Part shown: positions 26,786 to 36,383 of the stretch, piece by piece
Layout: each line of letters starts with the position of its first letter
How positions within the stretch are numbered: position 1 is the stretch's first letter
Assembly: GCA_011389765.1 (NCBI GenBank)
Contig: JAABTT010000006.1
Location: 7,483-71,482, forward strand
Reading direction: 5' to 3'
From: Desulfohalobiaceae bacterium S24
GTDB taxonomy: Bacteria; Desulfobacterota; Desulfovibrionia; Desulfovibrionales; Desulfothermaceae
DNA length: 64,000 nt
Translations under genes and position numbers: made by a program
Notes under the pieces: model-generated
What the model saw: the letters and a program-made list of their open reading frames with translations, nothing else
The model's database searches: none
What the model was told of the DNA's origin: nothing

Positions 26786-27065
26786 GCTTACCTCCTAATC
26801 TTTGTGCATGTAGTCCTGGAAAATTTCCTGAAATATACTGAACTTTGTTTCATACTACCGCCTGCTCGCTTTTTTGTACAGGTGAGAAAACGGGTATATT
26901 GCGATATCTGTATTGACTCGAATTTTGGAATTCAGCAGAATAGAATTGAAAGTACAGGATGGGTACTACAAAAATTTTTCGCATAAGGTTTCAATTTGAT
27001 ATTTGAACCGAGCGGCTCTGTCTTTATGAGTGGAAAATCAAGAGCTTTCAAAAAGGAGAGAAACT

Positions 27066-27440
27066 ATGCCTAGCAACTTGGATATTCATCGTACAGTTTT
27101 TTCCAAGCCCATGATCCCCAGCAGCCCCCCAATCAGAATACGCCGGGGCCGGGACCGTCATCTTGTGCAAATCGAATGCCCGGGATACCTGCCGGAAGAA
27201 TTGGAGGTACTCATCGATGCCGATGTAATGCGCCTAGGAGGAGAAAAACGCTTCATGTCCGCTCAGAAAAAGGATTTTCCATTTCCGGAGTCTTTTCACT
27301 ATACGATCCCTTTCAACTTCAATCTTGCTGAAGCGAGCATCAAATCCCTCTTCGCTGACGGCATACTGAACATACTCGTTTCTCGAATAAAAAGCCGAAA
27401 TCTGGCCGGCATCAGGACAATCTACATTGAGCCAGCTTGA
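27066..27440 (+). CDS. Hsp20/alpha-crystallin family small heat-shock protein
   Basis: AGGAGA precedes ATG 27066. LVQIECPGYLPEELEVLID...DGILNILVSRIK matches the alpha-crystallin domain pattern. Confidence 0.75.
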   Translation: MPSNLDIHRTVFSKPMIPSSPPIRIRRGRDRHLVQIECPGYLPEELEVLIDADVMRLGGEKRFMSAQKKDFPFPESFHYTIPFNFNLAEASIKSLFADGILNILVSRIKSRNLAGIRTIYIEPA

Positions 27441-27493
27441 AAGACTCTACAGATCCAGCGGAGATTTCCTGAAATATCGGCGCAGTATTCACT

Positions 27494-27718
27494 TCAGGCT
27501 TCGAGGTTCAGCATATCATAGAGATCTTCTACCTGACCTTTGGGACTTTCATATACGTCATGAGTACTTGGGGACGGCTTTCTGCTTCGAGTACTCCTGG
27601 TACCCGATCCATCTTTTCTGAAAAGAATGTCATAGATTTTCCAGGCCATGTCTTCGATCCGGGCCTCTTCGCTTAAACCTTTTTCAGCAAAGACATCCAC
27701 ATTTTGCATCGTATTCAT
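27494..27718 (-). CDS. Hypothetical small protein (74 aa)
   Basis: Internal ATG 27718 of the 155-aa track ORF, preceded by AAGGAATCAAGG. No recognisable motif. Confidence 0.3.
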   Translation of the reverse strand: MNTMQNVDVFAEKGLSEEARIEDMAWKIYDILFRKDGSGTRSTRSRKPSPSTHDVYESPKGQVEDLYDMLNLEA

Positions 27719-27921
27719 CCTTGATTCCTTTTGTTGCATTCCTGATTCAATTAACTCCAAGCAAAATGTGTGCCGCAAGGTGTTTTTTATATTTGAAAGC
27801 AGAATGTGAACCGGAAATGAGTCCGGCAATGCGGACGAAGGTTTCATTGAGCAAGAACGGGCAGCTGAAAATATCGTTTTCGGCCGGTGCATCAAACACA
27901 AGCAGTTGCGTTGCGGAAAAG

Positions 27922-27968
27922 GTGTGACGTGTGTCAAAAACAAAACCTGAAAGTGTGACATGTCTCAC
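27922..27968. promoter_or_regulatory. Two TGTGAC-RTG-type dyad sites (CRP/FNR-like half-sites), 31 nt apart
   Basis: GTGTGACGTGTGTCA at 27922-27936 and GTGTGACATGTCTCAC at 27953-27968. The latter 16-mer is 14/16 dyad-symmetric and recurs exactly at 48906-48921 on the other strand. Confidence 0.5.
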
Positions 27969-28026
27969 CCGACGTTGCTTTTTTTGCTCAGGAAAGGCCA
28001 AGGTCGGTTTATGACGAGCACAAGCC

Positions 28027-28118
28027 TATACAGTTCCAATTTTGTTTTTTCCCGACAAGGACTGCTGATTCAAAGGTTCCTGGTCTTTATTTCAATAAAG
28101 CCAAGTTGGATCAGTATA
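28027..28118. mobile_element. MITE family A, copy A4 (92 bp)
   Basis: Ends TATACAGTTCC ... GGATCAGTATA. The right-hand interior (...AAGTTGGATCAGTATA) is as in the other copies. It lies in the gap leader. Confidence 0.65.
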
Positions 28119-28212
28119 TCTCACACTCATGATGGCATGTAAATTGCTTTTCTCTTTGCTGATTGAATCGTCTCTCTTCGTCTTGTCATGCAAAAAATAT
28201 TGGGAGGTTGCT

Positions 28213-29205
28213 ATGTCAATCACAATTGGAATGAACGGTTTTGGACGGATCGGACGGTATCTGACCCGACTGCTCCTCAATGATCCCGATTTGAAGCTCG
28301 GAGCGATCAATGCGAGGTCCGACAACGAGACCTACGCCCATCTGCTGAAGTACGATTCGGTCTACGGGCGGTTTGACGGCGAGGTTTCCTGGACCGAACA
28401 CGGACTCCTGGTCAATGATCAGGACATTCCTTTGACACATTGGAGCAATCCAGAGGAATCAAACTGGAAGGATCTGGGATGCGATCTGGTTGTGGAGACC
28501 ACCGGCAAGTTCAAGGATAAGGACTCCTGTCAGGGACATCTGGACGGAGGCGCCAGAAAGGTGGTCATCAGCGCGCCTGGTAAAGGCGTGGACGTCTCGA
28601 TCTGCCCGAACGTCAATGACCAGGCCTACGACCCGGGCGCACACCACATTATTTCCTGCGGCTCCTGTACCACCAACTGCCTGGCCCCGGTCTGCAAGGT
28701 CTTGAACGATAATTTCGGCATCAGCCACGGCTATGCCACGACCATCCACTCCTATACCATGACCCAGCGTATACTGGATGGATCGCACAAAGATCTGCGC
28801 CGAGCCAGGGCGGCCGCCATGTCGCAGATTCCCACTACTACCGGGGCCACCAAGGCCGTCGGGGAAATCCTGCCCGAACTCGATGGCAAATTGGATGGTA
28901 TGGCGGTGAGAGTTCCCACACCATCGGGATCGTTGATCGATCTGGTCTGTGAACTCGAAAAAACGGTCACGCCTGAAAAGGTCAACCAAATTTTTAAGGA
29001 AAATGCACAGGAAACCCTGGGCTATACCGAGGAACCCCTGGTTTCGGTGGACTTTCTCGGAGACAGTCACGGGGCGGTGGTCGACGCCATGAGCACCCGG
29101 GTCATGAACGGGACCATGGTCAAGGTCCTGGCCTGGTACGACAATGAGGCCGGCTTCACCCATCAGCTCCTTCGGCTGCTGCGGCGGGTGGCCAGGGATC
29201 TCTGA
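28213..29205 (+). CDS. gap: Glyceraldehyde-3-phosphate dehydrogenase, type I
   Basis: GGGAGG precedes ATG 28213. MSITIGMNGFGRIGR (NAD fold), active site SCTTNCLAP, and WYDNE near the C-terminus. Confidence 0.95.
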   Translation: MSITIGMNGFGRIGRYLTRLLLNDPDLKLGAINARSDNETYAHLLKYDSVYGRFDGEVSWTEHGLLVNDQDIPLTHWSNPEESNWKDLGCDLVVETTGKFKDKDSCQGHLDGGARKVVISAPGKGVDVSICPNVNDQAYDPGAHHIISCGSCTTNCLAPVCKVLNDNFGISHGYATTIHSYTMTQRILDGSHKDLRRARAAAMSQIPTTTGATKAVGEILPELDGKLDGMAVRVPTPSGSLIDLVCELEKTVTPEKVNQIFKENAQETLGYTEEPLVSVDFLGDSHGAVVDAMSTRVMNGTMVKVLAWYDNEAGFTHQLLRLLRRVARDL

Positions 29206-29358
29206 TATTTAAAAAATTCCAGAGAATTTTTTGGATACTCCCTGCTTGCAGAAGGCCATGCGCTTCAGGCCCGCGAAACGAAGGTCGAAGGTGTGATTTC
29301 TTCGTCTTTGATTCATCCAATTATGAATGCAGAATAAAGAAAAAAGCCATGGATAACA

Positions 29359-29520
29359 ATGTACAAGGTCAAAGGCTACAACCCTGAAGCCGGCGATTGG
29401 TTCTGGCCCAAATACAAACCGGATGGCACCGCCCTTGCCTCGGGCAAGGTCGACAGCTGCATCCAGTGCCATCGGGCCAAAAAGGATCATGACTGGATTT
29501 TTACGGAAATCGAAAACTAA
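29359..29520 (+). pseudogene. Possible C-terminal remnant of a cytochrome P460-like/c-type haem protein (53 codons)
   Basis: My translation is MYKVKGYNPEAGDWFWPKYKPDGTALASGKVDSCIQCHRAKKDHDWIFTEIEN*, with a CxxCH. There is an in-frame TAA 6 codons upstream and no room for an N-terminal domain after gap. Confidence 0.35.
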
Positions 29521-29570
29521 GTTTTGCAAGCCATAAGCAGCCTGCCTGGCAGGCTGCTTCAGGAGTGACT

Positions 29571-30890
29571 ATGACAGGCGGCCTGGTCCGAATTCTCGCG
29601 TATCTCCTTGTTGTCACCCTGCCGGTCTGGCTGACGACCTGGCTGGGAGAGGAAGCCGAAGGCATTGTGTCCGATCTGGGCCGGAACTTCGCTTTGATCG
29701 GGTTCATGATCCTGGCCCTGCAATTCCTTCTGGCCGCCAGGGTCAAATGGGTGGAGCGGGCCTTTGGATTCGACATTCTCATCCGTTTCCACAAACAGAT
29801 CGCCTTGACGGCGGCCGCTTTCCTGGTCCTTCACCCCATACTGCTGGCCCTGGGCGGACAGGGCTGGTATCTGCTCATCGGACTGGATCTGCCCTGGTAC
29901 ATCTGGATCGGCAAGGCGGCGCTCATCCTGGTGCTGGCCACGGTCCTGGTCGGCATGTACCAGGGAAAGCTCGGCCTGAAGTTCGAAACCTGGCGCCTGG
30001 GTCACGACCTGCTGGCCCCGACCGTTCTATTGCTCATCTTCATCCATTCCTGGTACACGGGCGACGATCTGGAACTGCTTCCCATGCAGGTCCTCTGGGT
30101 CGTGCTCCTGATTCTGGCCCTTTCCCTGTTCGTCCATCACCGTTTTCTCCGGCCGAAACGCCTGCGGCAGCATCCCTTTCGGGTCCAGGAGGTACGCCGG
30201 GAAATCGAGGATGTCTGGACCGTGACTTTGGTCCCTCCCGAGGGCCGGACCATCGGCGACTATCTTCCGGGCCAGTTTCATTTTCTGACGTTTTTCAGAG
30301 ATCCCGCCCTTCCGGTCGAGGAACATCATTGGACCATCTCGTCCAGTCCAACGCAGAAAGAATCCATCAGTTCGACCATCAAGGCAGTGGGTGATTTCAC
30401 CTCGAGCATAGGTAAGACCAAGGAGGGGGATACTGCTGCGGTCCACGGTCCATTCGGCCGCTTTTCATACCTGCTCCATCCAGGAGAACGGGATATCGTG
30501 TTTCTGGCCGGGGGCATCGGGATCACCCCCCTTATGAGCATGCTCCGACACATGCGGGACACCCGGGACACCCGGAAAGTCACCCTGCTATACGCCAATC
30601 GCCGCGAGGAGCAGATCATCTTCCGCCAGGAGCTGGAGGCGATAGCCGCAGGGGACCATCCGAAGCTGCAGCTTATCCATGTCTTGAGCCAGCCGGATGA
30701 CGACTGGAATGGGGACACCGGTCATCTGAACGGGGATATGATTGATAAATACTGCGGGCAGGATCTGAGCGGCCGATCCTTTTATATCTGCGGGCCCACG
30801 CGGATGGCCGAACTGCTCATTACAAACCTTCGGGCGAGGAATGTTCCGGATGGGTCCATTCGAAGAGAAATTTTCAGCTTTCTGGATTGA
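29571..30890 (+). CDS. NOX/ferric-reductase-like flavocytochrome (6-TM bis-haem domain + FAD/NAD(P)H-binding domain)
   Basis: His pairs 14 residues apart in two TM helices (FHKQIALTAAAFLVLHP; GHDLLAPTVLLLIFIHS). FAD motif HHWTISSSP and NAD motif FLAGGIGITPLMSML. Confidence 0.8.
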   Translation: MTGGLVRILAYLLVVTLPVWLTTWLGEEAEGIVSDLGRNFALIGFMILALQFLLAARVKWVERAFGFDILIRFHKQIALTAAAFLVLHPILLALGGQGWYLLIGLDLPWYIWIGKAALILVLATVLVGMYQGKLGLKFETWRLGHDLLAPTVLLLIFIHSWYTGDDLELLPMQVLWVVLLILALSLFVHHRFLRPKRLRQHPFRVQEVRREIEDVWTVTLVPPEGRTIGDYLPGQFHFLTFFRDPALPVEEHHWTISSSPTQKESISSTIKAVGDFTSSIGKTKEGDTAAVHGPFGRFSYLLHPGERDIVFLAGGIGITPLMSMLRHMRDTRDTRKVTLLYANRREEQIIFRQELEAIAAGDHPKLQLIHVLSQPDDDWNGDTGHLNGDMIDKYCGQDLSGRSFYICGPTRMAELLITNLRARNVPDGSIRREIFSFLD

Positions 30891-30898
30891 GGATCATT

Positions 30899-31315
30899 AT
30901 GCGCCAAACTACTCTGCATCGAACCACCCTGGGTCTGCTCATCATTTTCATCTGCGTCGCTGTGCTGTTCGGGGTCTTACGGAACACCGTGGTCAGCCGG
31001 CAGAATGGGCATGAAGAACATCAACACACCCAAGCGGACGCCCATGACTCCCAGGAAGGCCTTTCCGCTGCCGCTCTGTTTAAGGATAAGGGTTGCACCC
31101 AGTGCCACCAAACGGATTCAACCGAAACCAAAGTCGGACGCCCCGGATTGCAGGGCTTGTTTGAGCGGAAGAAACTCCCTGTCAGCGGACGTCCCGTCAA
31201 TGCAGAAAACATCAGGAAACAGCTCCGGGGCCCTTATGCGAACATGCCTTCCTATGCTGATCGTCTGACGCCTGAGGAAGAAGACCGGATCATCGTCTAT
31301 CTCAAAACACTGTAG
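30899..31315 (+). CDS. Membrane-anchored mono-haem cytochrome c
   Basis: ATG 30899 lies just after the NOX-like stop. N-terminal TM helix, CTQCH haem site, distal Met region (YANMPSY). Confidence 0.75.
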   Translation: MRQTTLHRTTLGLLIIFICVAVLFGVLRNTVVSRQNGHEEHQHTQADAHDSQEGLSAAALFKDKGCTQCHQTDSTETKVGRPGLQGLFERKKLPVSGRPVNAENIRKQLRGPYANMPSYADRLTPEEEDRIIVYLKTL

Positions 31316-31321
31316 TCCTAT

Positions 31322-31645
31322 ATGGAGGAAAAAATGGCCAAAGAAGAATATGAAAAAGAAATGGACACACTGAAAACCGACATCAGCCAACTCCGAACCG
31401 ATATGGGCGAACTCATGGAACGATTTCGGGAAATGGGTCAGGAAAGGGTTGATGAAACGAAATCCAAAGCCCGATCCGAAGTGGATCGGCTTCGGGAACA
31501 GCTCAATCAGGCCTATGAAAAGGCCCGGCAAGAGGGCCAAGATTATTATGATACGGCCCAGCATCAGCTTGAAAAGCACCCCATGACCAGTGTCGGTCTG
31601 GCTTTCGGTCTGGGCATCCTGATCGGGAAAATACTCTCCAGGTAA
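31322..31645 (+). CDS. YqjD/ElaB-like (DUF883) membrane-anchored ribosome-associated stress protein
   Basis: 107-aa coiled-coil protein ending in the typical HPMTSVGLAFGLGILIGKILSR anchor. Confidence 0.75.
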   Translation: MEEKMAKEEYEKEMDTLKTDISQLRTDMGELMERFREMGQERVDETKSKARSEVDRLREQLNQAYEKARQEGQDYYDTAQHQLEKHPMTSVGLAFGLGILIGKILSR

Positions 31646-31651
31646 GCGATT

Positions 31652-31945
31652 ATGAAAGCGCTCATCGAAATCGTAATCGCCCTGGTGGATCTTCTGGAAG
31701 CCGAAATGCGCCAGCTTCAGCAGACCACGAAGCAGACCGCCAGGCAGCTGCTTCTCGGATTCGGCTGCCTGATCGTGGCCTCACTCCTGGCCTTTACCGG
31801 CTTCTGCCTTTTACTGGGAGCCGTGTTTTACTGGATCGCGGCGGCCGGACTCTCTGTAGGCTGGTCTGCCCTGATCACGGGGTGTCTTGCCTTCGCTCTG
31901 TCGATTATCGCGGCCTTGTGTTTCAGGAGGTTAACCTCACGATGA
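31652..31945 (+). CDS. YqjE-like (phage-holin-family/DUF1469) membrane protein
   Basis: 97 aa with two TM helices. Position and size match the yqjD-yqjE-yqjK arrangement. Confidence 0.6.
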   Translation: MKALIEIVIALVDLLEAEMRQLQQTTKQTARQLLLGFGCLIVASLLAFTGFCLLLGAVFYWIAAAGLSVGWSALITGCLAFALSIIAALCFRRLTSR

Positions 31946-32187
31946 GACCCGAGGGATATGTTCACAAAACCTCTCCGGCCGCTCAAATCAGCGAGGCCAA
32001 GGACCGCCTGCGCCGGAATATCGAACGGCTTTCGCCTTCGCACCTCAAACCTAAAAACAAAAGACAACTCCTAAGCTTGGCCTTTACAGCCGGACTCATC
32101 CTGTCAAGATCAGGATCGAGCGGAGGAAAGCGCCAGCAACTGCTGGAAATATGCCGGCGTTTGTTCAAGTTGTGGAGTTGTCCGTAA
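31942..32187 (+). CDS. YqjK-like small protein
   Basis: ATG 31942 overlaps the preceding stop (ATGA), with AGGAGG upstream. 81 aa with one hydrophobic segment. Confidence 0.45.
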   Translation: MRPEGYVHKTSPAAQISEAKDRLRRNIERLSPSHLKPKNKRQLLSLAFTAGLILSRSGSSGGKRQQLLEICRRLFKLWSCP

Positions 32188-32284
32188 GGAGACTGAGTAC
32201 GGCTGAACAGAATAACCTCTATGCAATATTGATAATAAAACCTGAACATCAATTATAAACCATCCATCCGGGCTCGGACAAAAT

Positions 32285-32527
32285 CTAGCCTTTCCTGCCC
32301 TTGGTCGTGATCCGGCTAGTGCCGCATTCGGGACAGCTATGGCCCAGCGGGAAGAGAAGCAGAATCAGAACCAAAACGGGCCAGATCAAAAAAAGAGGCC
32401 AAATAACCCAGGACAGGAGGAAAAGGACAAAGGCCAGAATCCAGAGAATCATTCCCAGCAGACTGAGAACTGACTCTCCGGTATAATCACAGTTTTGACA
32501 CAGGATGTCTTTGCGTAAAATACTCAT
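32285..32527 (-). CDS. Small membrane protein with split Zn-ribbon (CxxC ... CxxC) flanking two TM helices
   Basis: ATG 32527 has AGGAG upstream. MSILRKDILCQNCDYTG...(TM-TM)...GHSCPECGTSRI. Confidence 0.5.
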   Translation of the reverse strand: MSILRKDILCQNCDYTGESVLSLLGMILWILAFVLFLLSWVIWPLFLIWPVLVLILLLFPLGHSCPECGTSRITTKGRKG

Positions 32528-32780
32528 ACTATCTCCTTTCCTCCTGACTGACCTGCAGGCAAAGTGCCGCGCATGCAAAACTGTCCAAGCCCCCGCAGGC
32601 TTCGACGACAAATTCTTTCACCCCTTGCTTGCCCAAGATTTCCCTCAGGCTTGCAACCAGTTTTTCAGTTTGTTCTTGAGCTGAAAAGCTCAACAGTTTT
32701 TCTTTGGGATCACTTTGTTCCATAAGACGAACCGGAAAGTTGTCTGTATTCGTTCAAGGCCTGAACAAAAATCCGGACTG

Positions 32781-33413
32781 CTACCCCGCTTTCCAGCCTT
32801 CGGGCACGTCGATGAGCTCCTCTCCTTCCGGAGAGGTCCGTGATCCGGGTTTGCCCACGATTTGAACCGTACTGGCCTGAAGACCTTCTTCGCCCAGTAC
32901 AGCTTCATACCGGACTTCGGTACCCACGCTTAAACGTTCGAAATCATCATGCAAAACGCTGTTTTGGTGAAAATATATCTCTTCATCCGAAACGGTTTCC
33001 TTGAGAAAACCGAAACCTTCCTCGGGGAAAATCCTGGTCACCAGGGCCCGGGGCTCTTCACGGGATTTGGTGTCCCGCCGCCGTTCGTCAAGGGTTTTTT
33101 TGAGCCGTTTCTCCATGGCCTGGAAAGCATCCCGGATCACATTCCGGAGTTCATTTTCACTGTCTTTCTGGACTTGCCTGGGTTCTGCCGAGGTCACGAG
33201 ACGCTTTTTCCCGGGAATGCTCACTTCAACCCGCACATGATGCGGATTGGCCTGCTGCTGCCTGGAGTGGTCCTGCTCCACGGCCACCCGGCAGGAAATG
33301 AGTTCACGCTCACGGGTGTAGCGTTGGAGCCTCTCCACCTGCCGATGAATAAAGTCTTCTATCCAGTCAAGCTTTTCCACGTTTTTGTAGCTGATTTCCA
33401 AGGGTACCTGCAT
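32781..33413 (-). CDS. HPF/RaiA-family ribosome-associated domain fused to a C-terminal cold-shock (CSD/S1-like) domain
   Basis: 210-aa ORF. The N-terminus (MQVPLEISYKNVE...VRVEVSIPGKKRLV...AFQAMEKRLKK) fits HPF/YfiA. The C-terminus (EEGFGFLKE...IYFHQNSV...GTEVRYE...GLQASTVQIV) fits a CSD. Confidence 0.75.
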   Translation of the reverse strand: MQVPLEISYKNVEKLDWIEDFIHRQVERLQRYTRERELISCRVAVEQDHSRQQQANPHHVRVEVSIPGKKRLVTSAEPRQVQKDSENELRNVIRDAFQAMEKRLKKTLDERRRDTKSREEPRALVTRIFPEEGFGFLKETVSDEEIYFHQNSVLHDDFERLSVGTEVRYEAVLGEEGLQASTVQIVGKPGSRTSPEGEELIDVPEGWKAG

Positions 33414-33820
33414 ACCTGAACCCCTCCTTTTGTTTATACTTCCAATGCCTCATTTCCGACTTCGTCCGATACAAAACCTTTCAGCTTCAGTATGCCTTTT
33501 CCAGAGGCCTTTGCAAAGGTGATTTTTGGGGGAATTATACCCGGTTTGTTTCCGGTTGAAATCTTCGCAATCGCAATCTGGATCGAAGCGAGATGATTAA
33601 AAAAACATTGAGTAACTCGAATCGTTTACTTTCGACTTTTTGCAGGTAGGTCAGGGAACGCTTCCACGCAGCACTCTCATAGGGGGGCACTTGCAAAATC
33701 TCCCCTTTTTTTCACCCTATCTTTCTGGATCTCTATTTCGTAATCTGGATAAACACGCTTTCGTTTTCCATTATGAAGCAAAAACCGTTCTCAATGCTGC
33801 AATCCGAAAAGGAGGGACAA

Positions 33821-35498
33821 ATGGCGGATAAAGGATTAAAAAGCGATGCTGTTTACCATGCCTGCGATCCTGATACATTTTCATTCGATACAACCGCGGA
33901 ACTGGAACCATTAGCGGAAATGAGCGAAGCTCTGGGGCAGCCCCGGGCGGTAGACTCCCTGCATTTCGGGACCGGGATGCAGCACCTGGGTTACAATATC
34001 TACGCCCTGGGTCAGCCTGGAACCGGCCGGCACACTATGGTCAAACAGATTCTGGATGAAAAAAGCAAAGACGCTGCAGTCCCCTATGAACCTTGTTATG
34101 TCAATAACTTCGATGATTCCGGAAAGCCCGGGGTGATTCACATGCCGGCCGGTCAAGGCAAGTCCTTCTCCAACGACGTGGAAAACACGGTGCTGGAGTC
34201 CAGGAATGCCTTGAAAGCCTCCTTTGAAAGTGAAGAGTACCAAAATAGGGTACATTCGGTGCAGCAGGAGTTTAAAGACCAGGAACAAAAGGTCTTCGAA
34301 GATCTCAATGCCAAAGCCAAGGAAAAAGGCCTCACTTTGATCCGGACACCCAATGGCATTGCTTTCGCTCCGGTGAAAGAAGACGGCGAAGTCCTGTCGC
34401 CTGATGAATACAAACAACTGCCTGAAGAAAAACGTGAGGAAATCGACAAAAAAGTCAAAGAGGCCCAGGATGAATCCCAGAAAGTCTTCCAGAAAATTCC
34501 TCAGCTGCAGAAAAAAAACCGCGAACAATTAGAAAAGCTCAATCAGGAAGTCGCTCACTATTCCATATCCCCCCTGTTCGATGATCTTCAGAATAGGTAT
34601 GGGGGCATTGAGAAAGTCAATGACCATCTGGAGGCGGTGAAAAAGGACATACTGAGCAACCTCAAGACTTTTCTCAGCGGGGGTCAGGAAGGTCGAGGCG
34701 GTGGAGGCCTTATGGCCCAGATCCAGCAGCAACAGCAGGCAATTCCGGGAGAAGGTGAAATCGATATCAATTCCCAGGCCTTGCGGCGCTACAAGGTCAA
34801 CCTTCTGGTGGATCACAATGAAAGCCAAGGCGCTCCCGTGGTCTTTGAGGACAACCCCACCTATGCCAATCTTGTTGGCAAGGTGGAGCATATGTCCCAA
34901 ATGGGCACCCTGACCACCGATTTCAACCTTATCAAGCCCGGCGCCCTCCACCAGGCCAATGGCTGAAAATTATCCCTTGTCCTTAAAAGCCTCCCTGGTT
35001 TTTGAACAGTCCTATGGAGGCATTGAAGGGGACAGCGCCTCTTCAGCTGAATTGTACGCACTGCTCTCGGCCATTTCCGGGGCGGCCCTCAAGCAAAGCC
35101 TGGCTGTCACCGGTTCCGTGAACCAGTTTGGCGAGATACAGGCCATCGGCGGCGTAAACGAAAAGATCGAAGGATTCTTTGATGTTTGCGAACAGCGGGG
35201 CTTGAACGGCTCTCAGGGCGTTTTGATACCCGAAGCCAATGTCAAGCATCTCATGCTGCGTAAAAATGTGGTGGAGGCCGTCAAAACGGAAAAATTCCAT
35301 GTCTATCCCATCAAAACAGTTGATGAAGGGATTGAACGTCTGACCGGCATGAGGGCCGGCCAACCGGATGCCCGCAATCATTATCCTGAAGATAGCTTCA
35401 ATGGGTTGGTTCAGAAAAAACTATCTGAATTAGCTGAAAAAATGCATCAATTTGCTCAGGGCGCGGAACAAGGAGGGCAACGTGAATCAAAAGCATAA
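33821..35498 (+). pseudogene. Lon-like AAA+ protease (COG1067/LonB-like) split by an internal out-of-frame deletion
   Basis: Part 1 (33821-34966) contains GQPRAVDSL..GYNIYALGQPGTGRHT (Walker A) and ends ...PGALHQANG*. Part 2 (34959-35498, different frame) starts in the Lon_C protease domain ([24 protein letters not shown]...[26 protein letters not shown]). The second half of the AAA+ module is missing. Confidence 0.6.
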
Positions 35499-36339
35499 AC
35501 AGAGCAAACTCCGGACTATCCTGGTCCCCCTGGACGCATCTCCTCAGAGCCTGGCAGCCTTGGAAACCGCCGCACAACTCGCCGGAGCGATTGGAGCCCA
35601 GCTTACCGGACTCTATGTGGAAGACGCCGAGCTTCTTGCTTTGTGCGATTATCCTTTTGCCAGGGAAGTCATGCTCTATCCCGCCGGGAGCCGCCGGCTG
35701 GAATCCGCCGGATTGGAAAGGGATTTCCGAATACAGGCGGAAAAGATCCGGAAAACAATGAGCATGCTGGCTGAAAGATCCCAATTCAGCTGGAAATTCT
35801 CTGTCCGACGGGGTCGGGTGATTGCCGAAATCCTGGAACACACGGCCTCAGCCGATCTGACAGTTATCGGACGTTTGGGGAGTTCTCTGAAAAACGTTCC
35901 GATTGGTTCGACGGTCCAAAGCCTGGTGGAGCGCGGGCGGGGACAGACCTTGATTCTGCAGGAGAAAATGCGGACGACGACCCCCATGCTCACGGTGTAT
36001 AAGGGCTCGGAACTTTCCAGAATATCCCTGGAGGTTGCTGTGGAAATTGCCCGGGCGGCCATTGGCAAGATGGAAATCTTGATACCGGCGGAATCTGAGT
36101 CCGCCTACCATAAACTGTCCCGGGAAGCCCTGTCGGCGACTGAGATTGAAAGCGGAAAGCAGGACATGCAGATTCGATTTCGCCGTTTGCGCGGCGATGT
36201 AGCTCCGGCCCTGGTGGCCTTGCTCTGGGCCGAATATCGCCAAGCTGTGGTCCTGCCGGTGGATGTTATTGACGGAGACCCGGACGCTGTCCTGCGTCTC
36301 ATAAAAAAAATCAGTAATCCGGTTCTGCTGGTCAGATAG
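35482..36339 (+). CDS. Tandem universal stress protein (two USP domains)
   Basis: GTG 35482 is preceded by AAGGAGGG (the track ORF starts at TTG 35452). [19 protein letters not shown]...[10 protein letters not shown], then a second USP-like half. Confidence 0.75.
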   Translation: MNQKHKQSKLRTILVPLDASPQSLAALETAAQLAGAIGAQLTGLYVEDAELLALCDYPFAREVMLYPAGSRRLESAGLERDFRIQAEKIRKTMSMLAERSQFSWKFSVRRGRVIAEILEHTASADLTVIGRLGSSLKNVPIGSTVQSLVERGRGQTLILQEKMRTTTPMLTVYKGSELSRISLEVAVEIARAAIGKMEILIPAESESAYHKLSREALSATEIESGKQDMQIRFRRLRGDVAPALVALLWAEYRQAVVLPVDVIDGDPDAVLRLIKKISNPVLLVR

Positions 36340-36383
36340 GCCGGCCGTGAGCCTGGTACGCGAAAAGAGAAGGAGGCACGCCC

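Noticed and set aside
27034-27050. Possible sigma-54 -24/-12 element (TGGAAAATCAAGAGCTT) in front of the Hsp20 gene
   Set aside because: The GG-N10-GC spacing is right, but both boxes are poor (TGGAAA, GAGC instead of TGGCAC, TTGC). It would leave a very short leader. Not convincing.
29209-29529. 106-aa reverse ORF between gap and the NOX-like gene
   Set aside because: No motif or SD. The opposite strand carries the CxxCH-containing fragment, which explains the open frame better.
32529-32723. 64-aa reverse ORF (MEQSDPKEKLL...EACGGLDSFACAALCLQ...) ending 1 nt before the Zn-ribbon membrane protein gene
   Set aside because: The tight spacing suggests it could be real, but it has no SD and no recognisable motif. 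I left it out of the feature list. It is worth checking with Ribo-seq or conservation.
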